Source: Trichomonas gallinae
Taxonomy: Eukaryota
DNA length: 63,191 nt
Reading direction: 5' to 3'
Assembly: GCA_008369845.1 (NCBI GenBank)
Contig: MRSU01003506.1
Coordinates: 1-63,191, forward strand
Below, in pieces: positions 11,710 through 22,503 of this stretch. The position numbers were made by a program, and so were the translations under genes. The notes under the pieces are model-generated. The model made no database searches. It was given only the letters and a program-made list of their open reading frames with translations, and was not told the DNA's origin. Every line of letters begins with the position of its first letter. The stretch's first letter is position 1.

Positions 11710-12710
11710 TTTAATTAGATTTGATTTGATCTGAAGTCTTTGGTTTATCATTCTGCTCATTATTTTGTTCCTTGTTTGCAGTTTCATCATTCTTTGTCTT
11801 TTGAATCTTTAGAAAATCTTCCGTTTGTGGAACTGATTCTCCATTTTGTGGAACTGATTTTTAGTCGGAATAATCTTCTGCGATTATCGCGTGATGAATT
11901 CTTTTTCTCTTTTTGATTGAATAGTGCACCAAATTGTCTACGTAAATCTTTGTGTCTAGACCTTCATTCCTAAGATTCATAATGAATTGGAGCAAAAGGA
12001 TTTTGTATGGTTATGTTAAAGCATCATAAATGGATCATCAATTTTTGGAAGATTATTAATCATCTTTCTTAAGCAATTCTTGCAAAATGGTTTGCACATG
12101 ATAGATTTATCTGAATCATATGAATTCAAATTGTTGAAGAAAGCTCTGGCTTGTTGCAATTGCAAATGCATGAAAGTTGATCAGTTGGCATGATAAATCT
12201 TTCACGCTCGAGCATTGGCGTAAATATTGAGGAAACAATTGTATACTCATTCTCATACATGTAGATATGCTGAGCATCATGGCTAATAGCATAATTCAGG
12301 TTGTTCAGCTTTATTGAAGTAATTTGTCAGAAGCATTGCTCCAAATGATACAAAATAGCTATAATAATTAACTCTTATGTCTAATGGATGTGAGCCAATC
12401 CATTTGCGCAAAATGAAATGAGTTATTGCTTGTCTTTTAGCAATGATGGAACATCTTTTTCATATTCTGTAAATGCAGAACCTTGTTTGTTCAACAATTC
12501 GAAATCGATGTGATTAGCATAAGCTGCAGCAAACTGTGAAACAATTGTTATTTCAGCTTGATAAACTTCGATTTCACAAGACTGAATCAATTGGCCAAAT
12601 ATTTCATTAACTTTTTTGATCGCAAATAAGAATTTGTTATCATGTAATGGATGATCAACTGGAATTTATTCGTCATCTTCATCAAAAATAGGACATGGAA
12701 TAAACACATA
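11710..12710 (-). pseudogene. Decayed coding sequence of unknown family (possibly mobile-element derived)
   Basis: The minus strand reads VFIPCPIFDEDDE*IPVDHPLHDNKFLFAIKKVNEIFGQLIQSCEIEVYQAEITIVSQFAAAYANH..., later LSCICNCNKP and CKPFCKNCLRKMINNLP, broken by stops and frameshifts. A 21-nt-period repeat lies at ~11825-11860. Confidence 0.5.
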
Positions 12711-12740
12711 TCACATGTTTATTTATTTTTATGATCATGC

Positions 12741-13231
12741 AATACTTTGACATGAATAAAGTGGATTAGAATTTCAAAGATCAATCAAAAGCAGAATCAT
12801 GGTAGAGGGCTCTGGTGGTGGAGGAAGTTCTTCTTCATAGAGGTTCATTAGATTTCCATAAGATGTATATAATTATTAATTATTTTGAAACTTCATCCGC
12901 AGGTGAAAGTTATATATAAGTGGACATCCTGGTTATATCTCACCTTCTGAAATAGATAATGATCTTAACAGCAAAAATAATGCATTTCATTATTCTGAAA
13001 TATATTTTGAAAATACCTTAATGTTTTTCTGGGAATGAACAAATGCCTTCTCCTAACTTTAAATTGATTAAAGGGCATAGCAGAAATGGTTTCGCTGCAA
13101 TATCGCTTCTCACTGAAGATCATATAAATCCTTTTGTTGGAGTCCAGGAAACATGTTATGATAGGGTTTAAGGTTCATTTAATATCGGAAGAGTATCATT
13201 TATAGCGTTAGTTTATGAAATGCCTATATGA
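12741..13231 (+). pseudogene. Truncated, decayed paralog of the downstream glycine-rich gene (13945-15144)
   Basis: Direct nucleotide similarity: aaaagcagaatcatggtag (12787 vs 14512), ggacatcc, caaatgccttc-cctaa, gaaacatgt. It has an internal deletion, frameshifts and no 5' half. Confidence 0.88.
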
Positions 13232-13389
13232 TTTCATTTTATATTTTTATCTATCATGAAACATATTTTTATCTTAATTTAACTACTCGAAAAATCATCG
13301 AAAACATGATTTACTAATAATAAATATTGTATATTTTATTGCTAATTCGTATTTTAAGAATTAATACTGTAACTGATTTGCAAATTGAA

Positions 13390-13504
13390 AAATATGCGGC
13401 GGTTATACGCAAAATACGTTATTGTGATGAAAAACATTTTCGCACTTGCGTACGGTTATTGCTTGTGAGTAAATCTTTACGCATATGGATTTTGCCGCAT
13501 ATTT
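13390..13504. repeat. 115-bp element bounded by a perfect 11-bp inverted repeat with nested inner stems
   Basis: AAATATGCGGC (13390-13400) / GCCGCATATTT (13494-13504); inner TACGCAA (13406-13412) / TTGCGTA (13446-13452). Confidence 0.6.
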
Positions 13505-13944
13505 AATCAAAAGTGATAAATATGACCGAAAAATTGAATAAATTTATGACAAAATTTTATCGTTTTTTTGTGGTTTTCCATTCAAAATGAATAGTAAAAT
13601 GTTTTGTTTAAAGTATCATTATTTCTAATGAAACTGAAAATCATTTCAATTCAAAATCTAAATTCTGAACAAAGTCTACAAAAATGATATGTAAATACCT
13701 GGTAAATTGTTTAACTTTAAAGTTTCATTTAATCCGAAAACCACACCCATCACTTTTGTAGCTGTCAATTTTTTGAAAACAATTAAAGAATACTTCGAAA
13801 TTTATCATTTATTTATCAACTGGATGCTTCTAAATAAAGATTTTTTGATATGGAATTTCTGACACCTTATGAATATTTTCAATGGAATTTAAATTAATTC
13901 ATATATAATAAATATGTTCAGTTGTTTTCCTCAATAAAACATGC

Positions 13945-15144
13945 ATGTTTTCATTCAAAGGAGAAAAAATTCAAAGCGCTCAATTTTTTATTTGGATTTT
14001 GACGCAATTAATCAATATCCTCGAAAAAATACAATATGATTTTAAAGAGACGAATTTAGGAAGAGCTAATGTAGAAGATTTACCGAGGAGACTTGTATTT
14101 TATTATCCATGCACTAGTATTTTCAAATGCGCACCTTATGAAGTTAATTTGCAGCCTGGAATCTACAGATTTGAGCTCTGGGGATCCCAAGGAGGAGATG
14201 CAAGATATCAGAATGTTGGGACAATTAGGCCTGACTCTGGTGGAAAAGGAGCTTATGTTCGCGGCGATTTAACGGTCACTAAAAATTTAACCTTATTTTT
14301 GTACATTGGAGCAAAAGGTGAAGATCAGACTTCACAATTACAAGGAGTTAGAAGCTATGGTGGATGGAATGGTGGAGGAATAGCTGGAATTGATACAAAT
14401 GAAGAGGATGACCCAGAAAGTGGGGCTGGGGGAGGTGGTGCTGTTGATATAAGGTTAATTGAATACGATATGAATTCCATCACGAATTCCATTGAATTTG
14501 AGCGTTCGATTAAAAGCAGAATCATGGTAGCAGGCTCTGGAGGTGGTGCTTGTTCATCCACATATTGGGATCTTCCAAGATATTCAATACCAATAGGTGG
14601 ACCGGGTGGTGGTTTAGAAGCGCCAGACTTATCTGATCGTGCGATTGGCGGAACACAAACTAAAGGAAAATTTGGAATTGGAAGTAATGGAATGGATCAA
14701 GGACCACACAATGGGCTAAATGGAGGCTCATCAGCTGGTGGTGGGGCTGGTTATAGAGGCTCGTTAGACTTCAACGATTTCAACAATGTTGATTATGTTG
14801 AGTCTGCATCAGCTGGTGGAAGTTCATATATTAGCGGACATCCAGGATGTATGTCACCTTCTAATATAGATTATAATCAAAGTAGTACTAATGATGCATT
14901 CCATCATTCGGGAATTTATTTCCAAAATACTTTCATGATTCCAGGAAACAGTCAAATGCCTTCCCCTAATTTTAACCTAATCACGGGTCATAGTGGAAAT
15001 GGTGTCGCAGCAATTACTTTGCTCACAGAAGATCAATCGGTAGCTTTTATGAAAGTTAAAGAAACATGTGAGGATAGACCATATAGGTCAATTGGAATAG
15101 AAAGAGGCTTTTATATATTCTTTACTTATGAATTTACTTCTTGA
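13945..15144 (+). CDS. Glycine-rich domain protein (ALK/LTK-like Gly_rich, 'PE-PGRS/loricrin-like' trichomonad family)
   Basis: Motifs PGIYRFELWGSQGG, GGKGAYVRG, GGGGAVDIR, SRIMVAGSGGG, GGSSYISG and GHSGNGVAAIT. Confidence 0.85.
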   Translation: MFSFKGEKIQSAQFFIWILTQLINILEKIQYDFKETNLGRANVEDLPRRLVFYYPCTSIFKCAPYEVNLQPGIYRFELWGSQGGDARYQNVGTIRPDSGGKGAYVRGDLTVTKNLTLFLYIGAKGEDQTSQLQGVRSYGGWNGGGIAGIDTNEEDDPESGAGGGGAVDIRLIEYDMNSITNSIEFERSIKSRIMVAGSGGGACSSTYWDLPRYSIPIGGPGGGLEAPDLSDRAIGGTQTKGKFGIGSNGMDQGPHNGLNGGSSAGGGAGYRGSLDFNDFNNVDYVESASAGGSSYISGHPGCMSPSNIDYNQSSTNDAFHHSGIYFQNTFMIPGNSQMPSPNFNLITGHSGNGVAAITLLTEDQSVAFMKVKETCEDRPYRSIGIERGFYIFFTYEFTS

Positions 15145-15348
15145 TAAATTTTGGTTATTATTCTTAAACCATATATTATAATATCTTAATTTATATTATC
15201 ATTGCTTGTAAAAATTTACTGTTCATTTCATTGATATCTATAAATTCTATTCATTCAAAATAGATTGTATTTTAGTGTCATATTGTAGAGACGGATTAAT
15301 GATGAAATATATGTTTATTTATTATTAAATAATGGAAGATATTTCAAA

Positions 15349-18300
15349 TCATGGATTTTCAAGATCAGAATCAGAACTTGTATCTAATGAGACCAATTTG
15401 CGTTTGTTCTTATTTACTACAAAAATGATCGCAACAGCAATTCCAATGACAACAAAAGCGGCAACCAAACAGACAATGAGAATTGTATCAGACTTCTTTT
15501 TCTTTTCGGCATCAGTTTCATCTTGTCCATCATCATCGTTAGGATCATTTGTTGGTCCAACAGTCAATTCAGGCAAATTAGTTTCTTCATTTGTCGAATC
15601 TGGAGTTTCTTCTGGATTTTCTGGATGAATCGGATCGGATGGGACTTCTTGAAGATTTCCATTAGCTAATAAACCTGAGATTTCAACTTTACCTGCTCTA
15701 GTAACAAGTGAAAGAATATGATTAGAATTTGGTTTCAAATCATGAATGTAATACAGAGGACTTTGATAGTATTCATTTGTTGCCATTGTTTTCGCATCGT
15801 CTGGGAAAACAAATGATGTGTTGACTGTGCCATGAAGTTCACCATCAAGATAAACTTCTAAGATGCCTCCTCCATAGTTCAGATGACGATCACCAATGAT
15901 AACGATAGAATCTCCTGTGCTGTTCAGATGAATATTTGCTGTGAGGTTCGCTTCTTCTTTCAGATGCCATCCCTTTCCATTGTAGTAAATACCTTCATTA
16001 GAAAGTTTTCCATCTCCCTTTATTTTGAACTTTGTATGTGTTGCAGGAATGATGTTGTCTGTTGATCCAGCATTTGCAACTACTGGTTGAATTTCAGTAA
16101 TATAAGAATAATTGCCAAATGTATTTGACAAAACACTTAAGTTAATTGATCTGCATCTGTAAGCGTGATCAAAGTCTACTGTGTTTTTCGTTTGAGGAAC
16201 AAACAATCCTTCGAATATTTTTTCGCCATCGCAATTAATACTAATGATTCCATTCATTTGATTGTTTGGAACTGGAAGGAAAAATCTGTCAAACACGATT
16301 TCTTCGCCGAAATCAATATTATAGACAATAGGCAATGGTGCTGTTACTCCTGTTTGTTGGTTGCTGTAATCAAAGTCTGTGAGATGATCTGAAATATTAA
16401 CATCATCAGTTAATGGTTGGAAATTTCCTGTTATTGTAAATTTGCGATGATCGTATCTTATTCTTCTTGGCTCAACAAAGTGGCCTAAAGTTGGATCATT
16501 TTCTATTTGAGGCATGAATGGATTTGTATCAATGTCATCATCCTTTGCACCAACAAATCTTGTCATATTCTCGGAAATAGATTTAATTGTGTCAGATTGA
16601 TTATGAATGTAACCAACTTTGCCACTGCCTGCACCTGCTACGTTTTTGATTATGAATCTGAAATAGTAGCGTTTTCCTTTTGTCAGATTCAGATATTTTG
16701 TGTTTTGATTTATGTTCCAATTCACTGAATATGATGGCAAATTTGCATATAGATATGGAGCATCAGTCTCTTTATCACCTGTCAATGGATTCTCGGAGAA
16801 ATAAAACAGACAATCTTCGTCATGAATGATAATGAATTTGTAAGGTGCTGTTGTTTCTGGATAAAACACAGCTTCAGCCATTGCTGCCCAAGGAGCGCAT
16901 GAGGATCCTGGATCATGTATAGACATTCCACAGCCTAATTGAACATTGGCATTAGTTATATTTTCGATTATATATCTGTAAACATCAAACATATTCATAT
17001 CATGTTCGAGTTTGAAGTAATAAACAGGATGACCATAGAAAATTTGTTTCACGCGAACAATGCATGTGGTTATATCGCCATTAATAACATCACGATATTT
17101 GACATAGAATTTGTCAACAAAATTGACATCATCAACAGGTGTGTATATGTAAACACCATTTCCAACATTTTCAAAATGTCCTTCTCCACCTTCTATGTTG
17201 TGGAATTCGAAATCATGGCATCCTTCTCTTGTCTTCATGTATTTGACAAAATCAAATTTGTATGGTTGTCTGCTTGGAATTCTGAATGGTTTTGCTGTTT
17301 CAAATTCGATTTCATCCATGAAATAACCTGTTTGATATAGCAAAGCAACTGGATGGAATTCTCTGAATCCCCAGTCATAAATGATTTCATGAACATCTTG
17401 TGGAATATTTTCTTCATAATTTAGAAAGTCTGTTCCTGTAAAAGTCCTATAGTATGGTCTCACATCTCTTCTTGTCATATAACACAAATGAAGGAGGAAT
17501 TCTCCATGGTATCCATAGTCTCTTCTCTTGAAATGAATTTGCTTGATGTGAGCATTCAATATTTTTCTCCAATTTTCATGACCGAACCAATATAAGTTGT
17601 TTGAGTAGAACATTAACAAATCCTTTTGGTTAATGTTTCCATATTGATGAGTTTTGATATTCCAACCTTTTTGGATGACATAGAAATTGCCACTCAAATC
17701 AACAGATCTGGTCTCATCCATCTGGCACATTTTAGAATATGAGATTAGATTTAACACATTATTGGTGACTTCTGATGGACTTCCAGTACCCCAGTCACTT
17801 TGGAAATGATGTCCATATTCATGGAGTTGACCCCAACAATTCCACTTTGCAGTGTTTGAGTAATCTGTGTATCCTGGGTACCAATATGGTGGCGCTTGAA
17901 CATAATTTGCTCCAATGAAAGCAACGGCTTCACCAGCAGGAACAAATGAATCAAGATTCATCTCAAGTGGTGTTGTAACTCGCCCATCAACACGACGAGG
18001 ATAATAAACAACTTCGTTCACTGAATACAAAACTCTACTAACTCCTCGGTAAAATGCCATGATTTCATTAAGCTTCATGACTTTTCTAGCGTCAACACTT
18101 GGCATCGTAATGATCGAAGCTCCACAATCAAGGACCATCAGCGGAGCAGGAAGTTTCGATAACTCTTCCTCCCACTCTTGATCAGATGTGACTCCATATC
18201 TGAAATAAGGCATCCTTATTCCACCTGTTATGTTGATATCAAATCCTTGATTGAATGAATCAACATCGGCTTGGATAATAAGATGTCCTCCATACGGCCA

Positions 18301-18891
18301 ACCTATCTTATTGACCTGGTAACTTAATGGAAAATCGCATCTTAATCTAGTAATTCTAGTACTCCAATGTCCCATGTCACTGGTGTGGCGATTAATGAAT
18401 AGTCTTAATCTTCCTATTGATCTTTCTGGGATTTCAATTGTTATTAATTCACCTGGAGGGATGTAAATACCTGTCCAATGCCATCTTTGGTATCTAGTAT
18501 TCATAAAGAATCTGAATTTGTATCTTGTGGCATTTCTCACCATCTCATCATCTCCTGAGAACTGTAAAACGCCAACAGGACTTGCGTATAGATCTTCTTG
18601 TGTTAATGAATCACTGGATTGGCAATATTTTGAAAATACTTCTTGAACTTCACTGTTTAATTGTTCATCTGTTGCCGTTCTTTGATGGCCAGGCCATGGA
18701 TATTCTTCAAATTGTATTGGTGGATTAGAAAACCCGGATTCATTGATGAATTTTACATATTTTGGTTTTGGAACTTCATTTAGAATGAATAAACTATCGC
18801 ATTCCTGTGACTGCACAGTATCTGTACCATGATATCCAAACATTGATTTCTGGTATGAGATTGATAAGCGTATAATATAAAACGCGAACAT
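15349..18891 (-). CDS. M60-like (enhancin-related) zinc metallopeptidase, membrane-anchored, with PA14/carbohydrate-binding-like modules
   Basis: WTGIYIPPGE N-domain motif, gluzincin HEYGH...SEVTNN, a PA14-like segment (LNLTKGKRYYFRFIIKN), and C-terminal TM ILIVCLVAAFVVIGIAVAIIFVV. First ATG at 18891. Confidence 0.92.
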   Translation of the reverse strand: MFAFYIIRLSISYQKSMFGYHGTDTVQSQECDSLFILNEVPKPKYVKFINESGFSNPPIQFEEYPWPGHQRTATDEQLNSEVQEVFSKYCQSSDSLTQEDLYASPVGVLQFSGDDEMVRNATRYKFRFFMNTRYQRWHWTGIYIPPGELITIEIPERSIGRLRLFINRHTSDMGHWSTRITRLRCDFPLSYQVNKIGWPYGGHLIIQADVDSFNQGFDINITGGIRMPYFRYGVTSDQEWEEELSKLPAPLMVLDCGASIITMPSVDARKVMKLNEIMAFYRGVSRVLYSVNEVVYYPRRVDGRVTTPLEMNLDSFVPAGEAVAFIGANYVQAPPYWYPGYTDYSNTAKWNCWGQLHEYGHHFQSDWGTGSPSEVTNNVLNLISYSKMCQMDETRSVDLSGNFYVIQKGWNIKTHQYGNINQKDLLMFYSNNLYWFGHENWRKILNAHIKQIHFKRRDYGYHGEFLLHLCYMTRRDVRPYYRTFTGTDFLNYEENIPQDVHEIIYDWGFREFHPVALLYQTGYFMDEIEFETAKPFRIPSRQPYKFDFVKYMKTREGCHDFEFHNIEGGEGHFENVGNGVYIYTPVDDVNFVDKFYVKYRDVINGDITTCIVRVKQIFYGHPVYYFKLEHDMNMFDVYRYIIENITNANVQLGCGMSIHDPGSSCAPWAAMAEAVFYPETTAPYKFIIIHDEDCLFYFSENPLTGDKETDAPYLYANLPSYSVNWNINQNTKYLNLTKGKRYYFRFIIKNVAGAGSGKVGYIHNQSDTIKSISENMTRFVGAKDDDIDTNPFMPQIENDPTLGHFVEPRRIRYDHRKFTITGNFQPLTDDVNISDHLTDFDYSNQQTGVTAPLPIVYNIDFGEEIVFDRFFLPVPNNQMNGIISINCDGEKIFEGLFVPQTKNTVDFDHAYRCRSINLSVLSNTFGNYSYITEIQPVVANAGSTDNIIPATHTKFKIKGDGKLSNEGIYYNGKGWHLKEEANLTANIHLNSTGDSIVIIGDRHLNYGGGILEVYLDGELHGTVNTSFVFPDDAKTMATNEYYQSPLYYIHDLKPNSNHILSLVTRAGKVEISGLLANGNLQEVPSDPIHPENPEETPDSTNEETNLPELTVGPTNDPNDDDGQDETDAEKKKKSDTILIVCLVAAFVVIGIAVAIIFVVNKNKRKLVSLDTSSDSDLENP

Positions 18892-19227
18892 ATCTGAAAA
18901 TGATCTGATGTTTTTTTTTTTTTTTAATTTTTTTCGAGAATTCAATTGAAAATCTGAATTTATAACCTGTAAATTCTTCTAATCGAATCAATATGGATAC
19001 TATGTGAAGATATTATAATGTAATAAATTTGACATGATTTTGATCAAACAATTGAAAAAATAAAATCTACTGAATTTTAATTGAATTGAAAATCACGAGT
19101 TAATTTGTCTCAGAGAACTGAAACTCAAAATAATATCATTATATAGAACAACTTCATCGGAAAAATATATCATAATGGCATCAATTAATCATTTACGGTT
19201 CAAAATTTTATCATTGATATATTTCTT

Positions 19228-19655
19228 TCTTGTTCAGGAATTTCGATTGTAATAAACTCGCCTGGTGGAGTGTATATGCCTGTCCAGTGCCAAAGCTGAT
19301 AACGAGTATTCATAAATAATCTTATTTTATATCTTGGTGCATTATTTACTCATTCATCATTATCAAAGAATTGCAATGCGCCAAATGGACTTGCAAATAA
19401 AACGTCTTACGCCAATGCATCACTAGAATGATTATATCTGAGATGAACATTCTCGACTTCATCATTTAGTTGTTGTTCTATAGCATTGATAGGATGCCCT
19501 GGCCACCCGTATTCTTCATACTTGATTGGTGGCTTTGGTACTTCTTCGAGAATCAAAAAGTCGCATTCTTGTGCTTGAACAGTTTCTGTGCCTTGGAATC
19601 CGAACCTTGATTTCTCATATGATTTAACTAAGCACAGAATCTCAAACACATGCAT
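19228..19655 (-). pseudogene. 5' fragment of a decayed M60-like peptidase paralog
   Basis: Reads FGFQGTETVQAQECD...WPGHP...SSDALA*DVYFASPFGALQF...DE*VNNAPRYKIRLFMNTRYQLWHWTGIYTPPGEFITIEIPE, colinear with the intact neighbour's N-terminus, with two in-frame stops and truncation. Confidence 0.9.
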
Positions 19656-20355
19656 TTGATTTTTGTTTAAGTTAATTGTGAATCAGTTATCGAGGATTGA
19701 ATATGATTTTTCAATATTTTGTTGTAAACTATTCAAACTGAAAGGGATTTGTAAATCATTTTTATATGATTTCTTAATTACTGAAGCATATACATAATAT
19801 CTTTAAACTGATTTTGATAATAGCCTATTGAAATTTGTGTGTTTCAAAATGGTTTACACATTCTATTTCAACTTGTGAAATGATTTGGTAAAGATGCGGA
19901 CACCCAAAAATTCACCAGGTTAGTGCTCGCGTAGGTAATTAGATCTGAACTAACCTAGTAGGTAAACTTGATGTAATACTATACACTCTAATAGTATGAG
20001 AGAAGCTAAATCTTATTTATTCGATTTTCTTGTACAATATTCGATATTAGCAGAGCTCTATTTTTCAAGGTTCCAAAAACAATCATGTGAGTAATCAATT
20101 ATCCAAGAAAAACATTGAATTCAAAAAAGAGAAAACGAATAACAACTAGATTGTGATTGAATGCTAAAGCTATGTGGTTTACAAGCAAAGCAACTAAAAT
20201 TGTAAAATTATTGACTTTTGGCAAATTCAGAAGTTCTATTTTTGATGAAGATGAGTCACTTTTTAGTTAAACATCGCATCATTATTAATTACCAAGAATT
20301 CCATATTAAAACTTTTAGTCTAGGAAGGAAAATCTCAATGTTCTAATAACTATTC

Positions 20356-21303
20356 TTAATTATCAGCCAAAATGCAAACAAGAATCATTAAAATATATTT
20401 CGAGGATGATGTGTATTTTTGAGCACAAGTAGGGAAAACGCATGGATCAAGCTTAAGATTATTTTGATAAAACTCTAATAACAATGTGGTTTTCTCAGAC
20501 TTCACATTTATGCTTTTAACATTTGAACTGTATGTAAAAACATCAACATAAGAATTTTTGATGATTAATGTATCTTTTGCATAAAACAATGGGGCATTCT
20601 TTGTGCAATTAAAAATGTAGCATTTTTCTATCGTCATTTTTACAGAACCTGCTAAAATTGTTCCATCAGTAGCAGTTCCTTGAGTGCTGTTAAGAATATT
20701 GCACTGATAAAATAAATAGTTTCCACTTGCTGCGCAATATGTAATAAACTTAACACTTGATCTACACCCTTCAATTTGAGTGTAATTCATTACTGCTAAC
20801 TCTGACTGTGCAGAATCGAAAACAGCACCTGATGCTTGGCTAATAATATTCCTGCTGCAGTTTGAAGAAAACATTCCCGGATTGCAATTTACAAGTGTAA
20901 AAATGTCAACCGCAGAACTTCGTATAGAATTAGATAATGATGATTCAATTATATAGGCATGACATTCGGATTTTAGTAGATCACAGCGGCAAAACATAGA
21001 GTTTCCGTCAATAATTTGGCAATTGGATGCAAGAAATCTTCTCTGAATAATATCGCTTTTCCCGTAAATTAAAACTGTTCCACCGCCATCTGAACTTTGG
21101 CGAGAACAGTAAAGGAATATGCATTCATTATGGAGTACCTTTAGGTTGTCTTCTTTTAGGATAATGCATCCAGCAATTAGCTCAATGAAAACATTTTTGT
21201 CAACAATTAATTGGTTATTTTTTGGATTAAAATTTATGTGCTGATTTCGAGCGTATTGATTCCCTTGGAATGAATCCGTGAAATACGAGCTCCAAATATT
21301 CAT
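20356..21303 (-). CDS. Right-handed beta-helix / pectin-lyase-like trichomonad family protein
   Basis: MxIWxxYF start, FLYCS..DGGGT and CNILN motifs, Cys plus hydrophobic C-terminus. Confidence 0.65.
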   Translation of the reverse strand: MNIWSSYFTDSFQGNQYARNQHINFNPKNNQLIVDKNVFIELIAGCIILKEDNLKVLHNECIFLYCSRQSSDGGGTVLIYGKSDIIQRRFLASNCQIIDGNSMFCRCDLLKSECHAYIIESSLSNSIRSSAVDIFTLVNCNPGMFSSNCSRNIISQASGAVFDSAQSELAVMNYTQIEGCRSSVKFITYCAASGNYLFYQCNILNSTQGTATDGTILAGSVKMTIEKCYIFNCTKNAPLFYAKDTLIIKNSYVDVFTYSSNVKSINVKSEKTTLLLEFYQNNLKLDPCVFPTCAQKYTSSSKYILMILVCILADN

Positions 21304-21579
21304 TAATAGGAATAGATAACAATAATATTATGCTGGATGCATTAAATGTCACTTTTTGTAAGAACCTTATCATGATGTATGAGAATCCTGCTGCTCCAAA
21401 GGTACTATGATGTCACTGAATCATATCAATTGACGAACGCAACTTTAACAAATCAGGATATAATACAAGCATCCATTTCTAATCAAAGATGTTATGCAAC
21501 AGACTTGAAAACCAAGACTTTCTTGTAACCCCCTATTTTCTTGTTACTCCCCCTACATTGGTATAATTATCCCAGCCCA

Positions 21580-21964
21580 GGGCAAAGGATTTCACTTCAC
21601 TATGCATGCTTAACACAATTGAGGTTGTCGAAATGCTTCTCAAAGTTCCTGGAATAAAGACAAAGATAGCAGAACAGCTTTGATTTATGCTTCTCAAAAT
21701 GGTATGTATTGTATTGCCCAATGCATTATTTCAACTCCTGCAATAGATGTTAATGCAAAAAACGAAGACAATAACACAACTTTGATTTGGGCCTCATGGA
21801 ATGGAGACCCTGATGTTGTCAAAAGGCTTCTCGCAGTTCTTGGAATAAATGTCAGTGTAAAAGACTTTTACAACAGAACAGCTTTGATGTATGCCGCAGA
21901 AAGTAGTCGTCATGAAATTGTCAAACTTTTTCTCGCACGCGGCTATGATAAACGATGCATATGA
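21580..21964 (+). pseudogene. Ankyrin-repeat gene remnant
   Basis: Ankyrin consensus (IDVNAKNEDNNTTLIWASWNG, RTALMYAAESSRHEIVKLFL). The upstream repeat (EVVEMLLKVPGI) is in another frame and there is no proper ATG. Confidence 0.75.
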
Positions 21965-22503
21965 AGCTTTCATTAGTTATAATAACATTTCAAAGTTGTA
22001 TATTGATATTACATTCTTTGATACATGATTATAATTGGATTGATATCACTTATTTTCATTGAAAAAAAAAAAATTGAAATCTGAAATTTGTAGAGGTGAA
22101 GTATAATATTAAAGTTATATATCTCAGTTGGAAGAATTTATTCATAATATACTTCCAATATCAATAAGATATGAGATTTGTTTAGTAAAATTGATCTTAT
22201 TCAAAACAACTGAAAAAAACTCTCGAGATTTAGCATGTTTTTGTATATATTCTAGGAATTTTGATATTCTGCTAGCTCAAATGCTTTTATTAAGAATTTG
22301 AAATAATGAAATTAACTAGAAGAACTTACATAAAGCTAGGGATAGTTATGTTGAAGTATCACTATTAAAAATTGAAACAATTAAAGAGAGAAAAAACTCA
22401 ATTTTGAGAAATATATTTTAAATTTGTGAAAAATGGTTAAAATTCTAAAGTTTTATTTAGTCTATCGACAATTTAAGCATATAAATTGTATCTAAAGGCG
22501 TAT

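Noticed and set aside
19931..19958. Intron-like GT...ACTAAC-CTAG string
   Set aside because: Branch-to-AG spacing does not match the trichomonad ACTAACACACAG pattern and no flanking exon frame was found.
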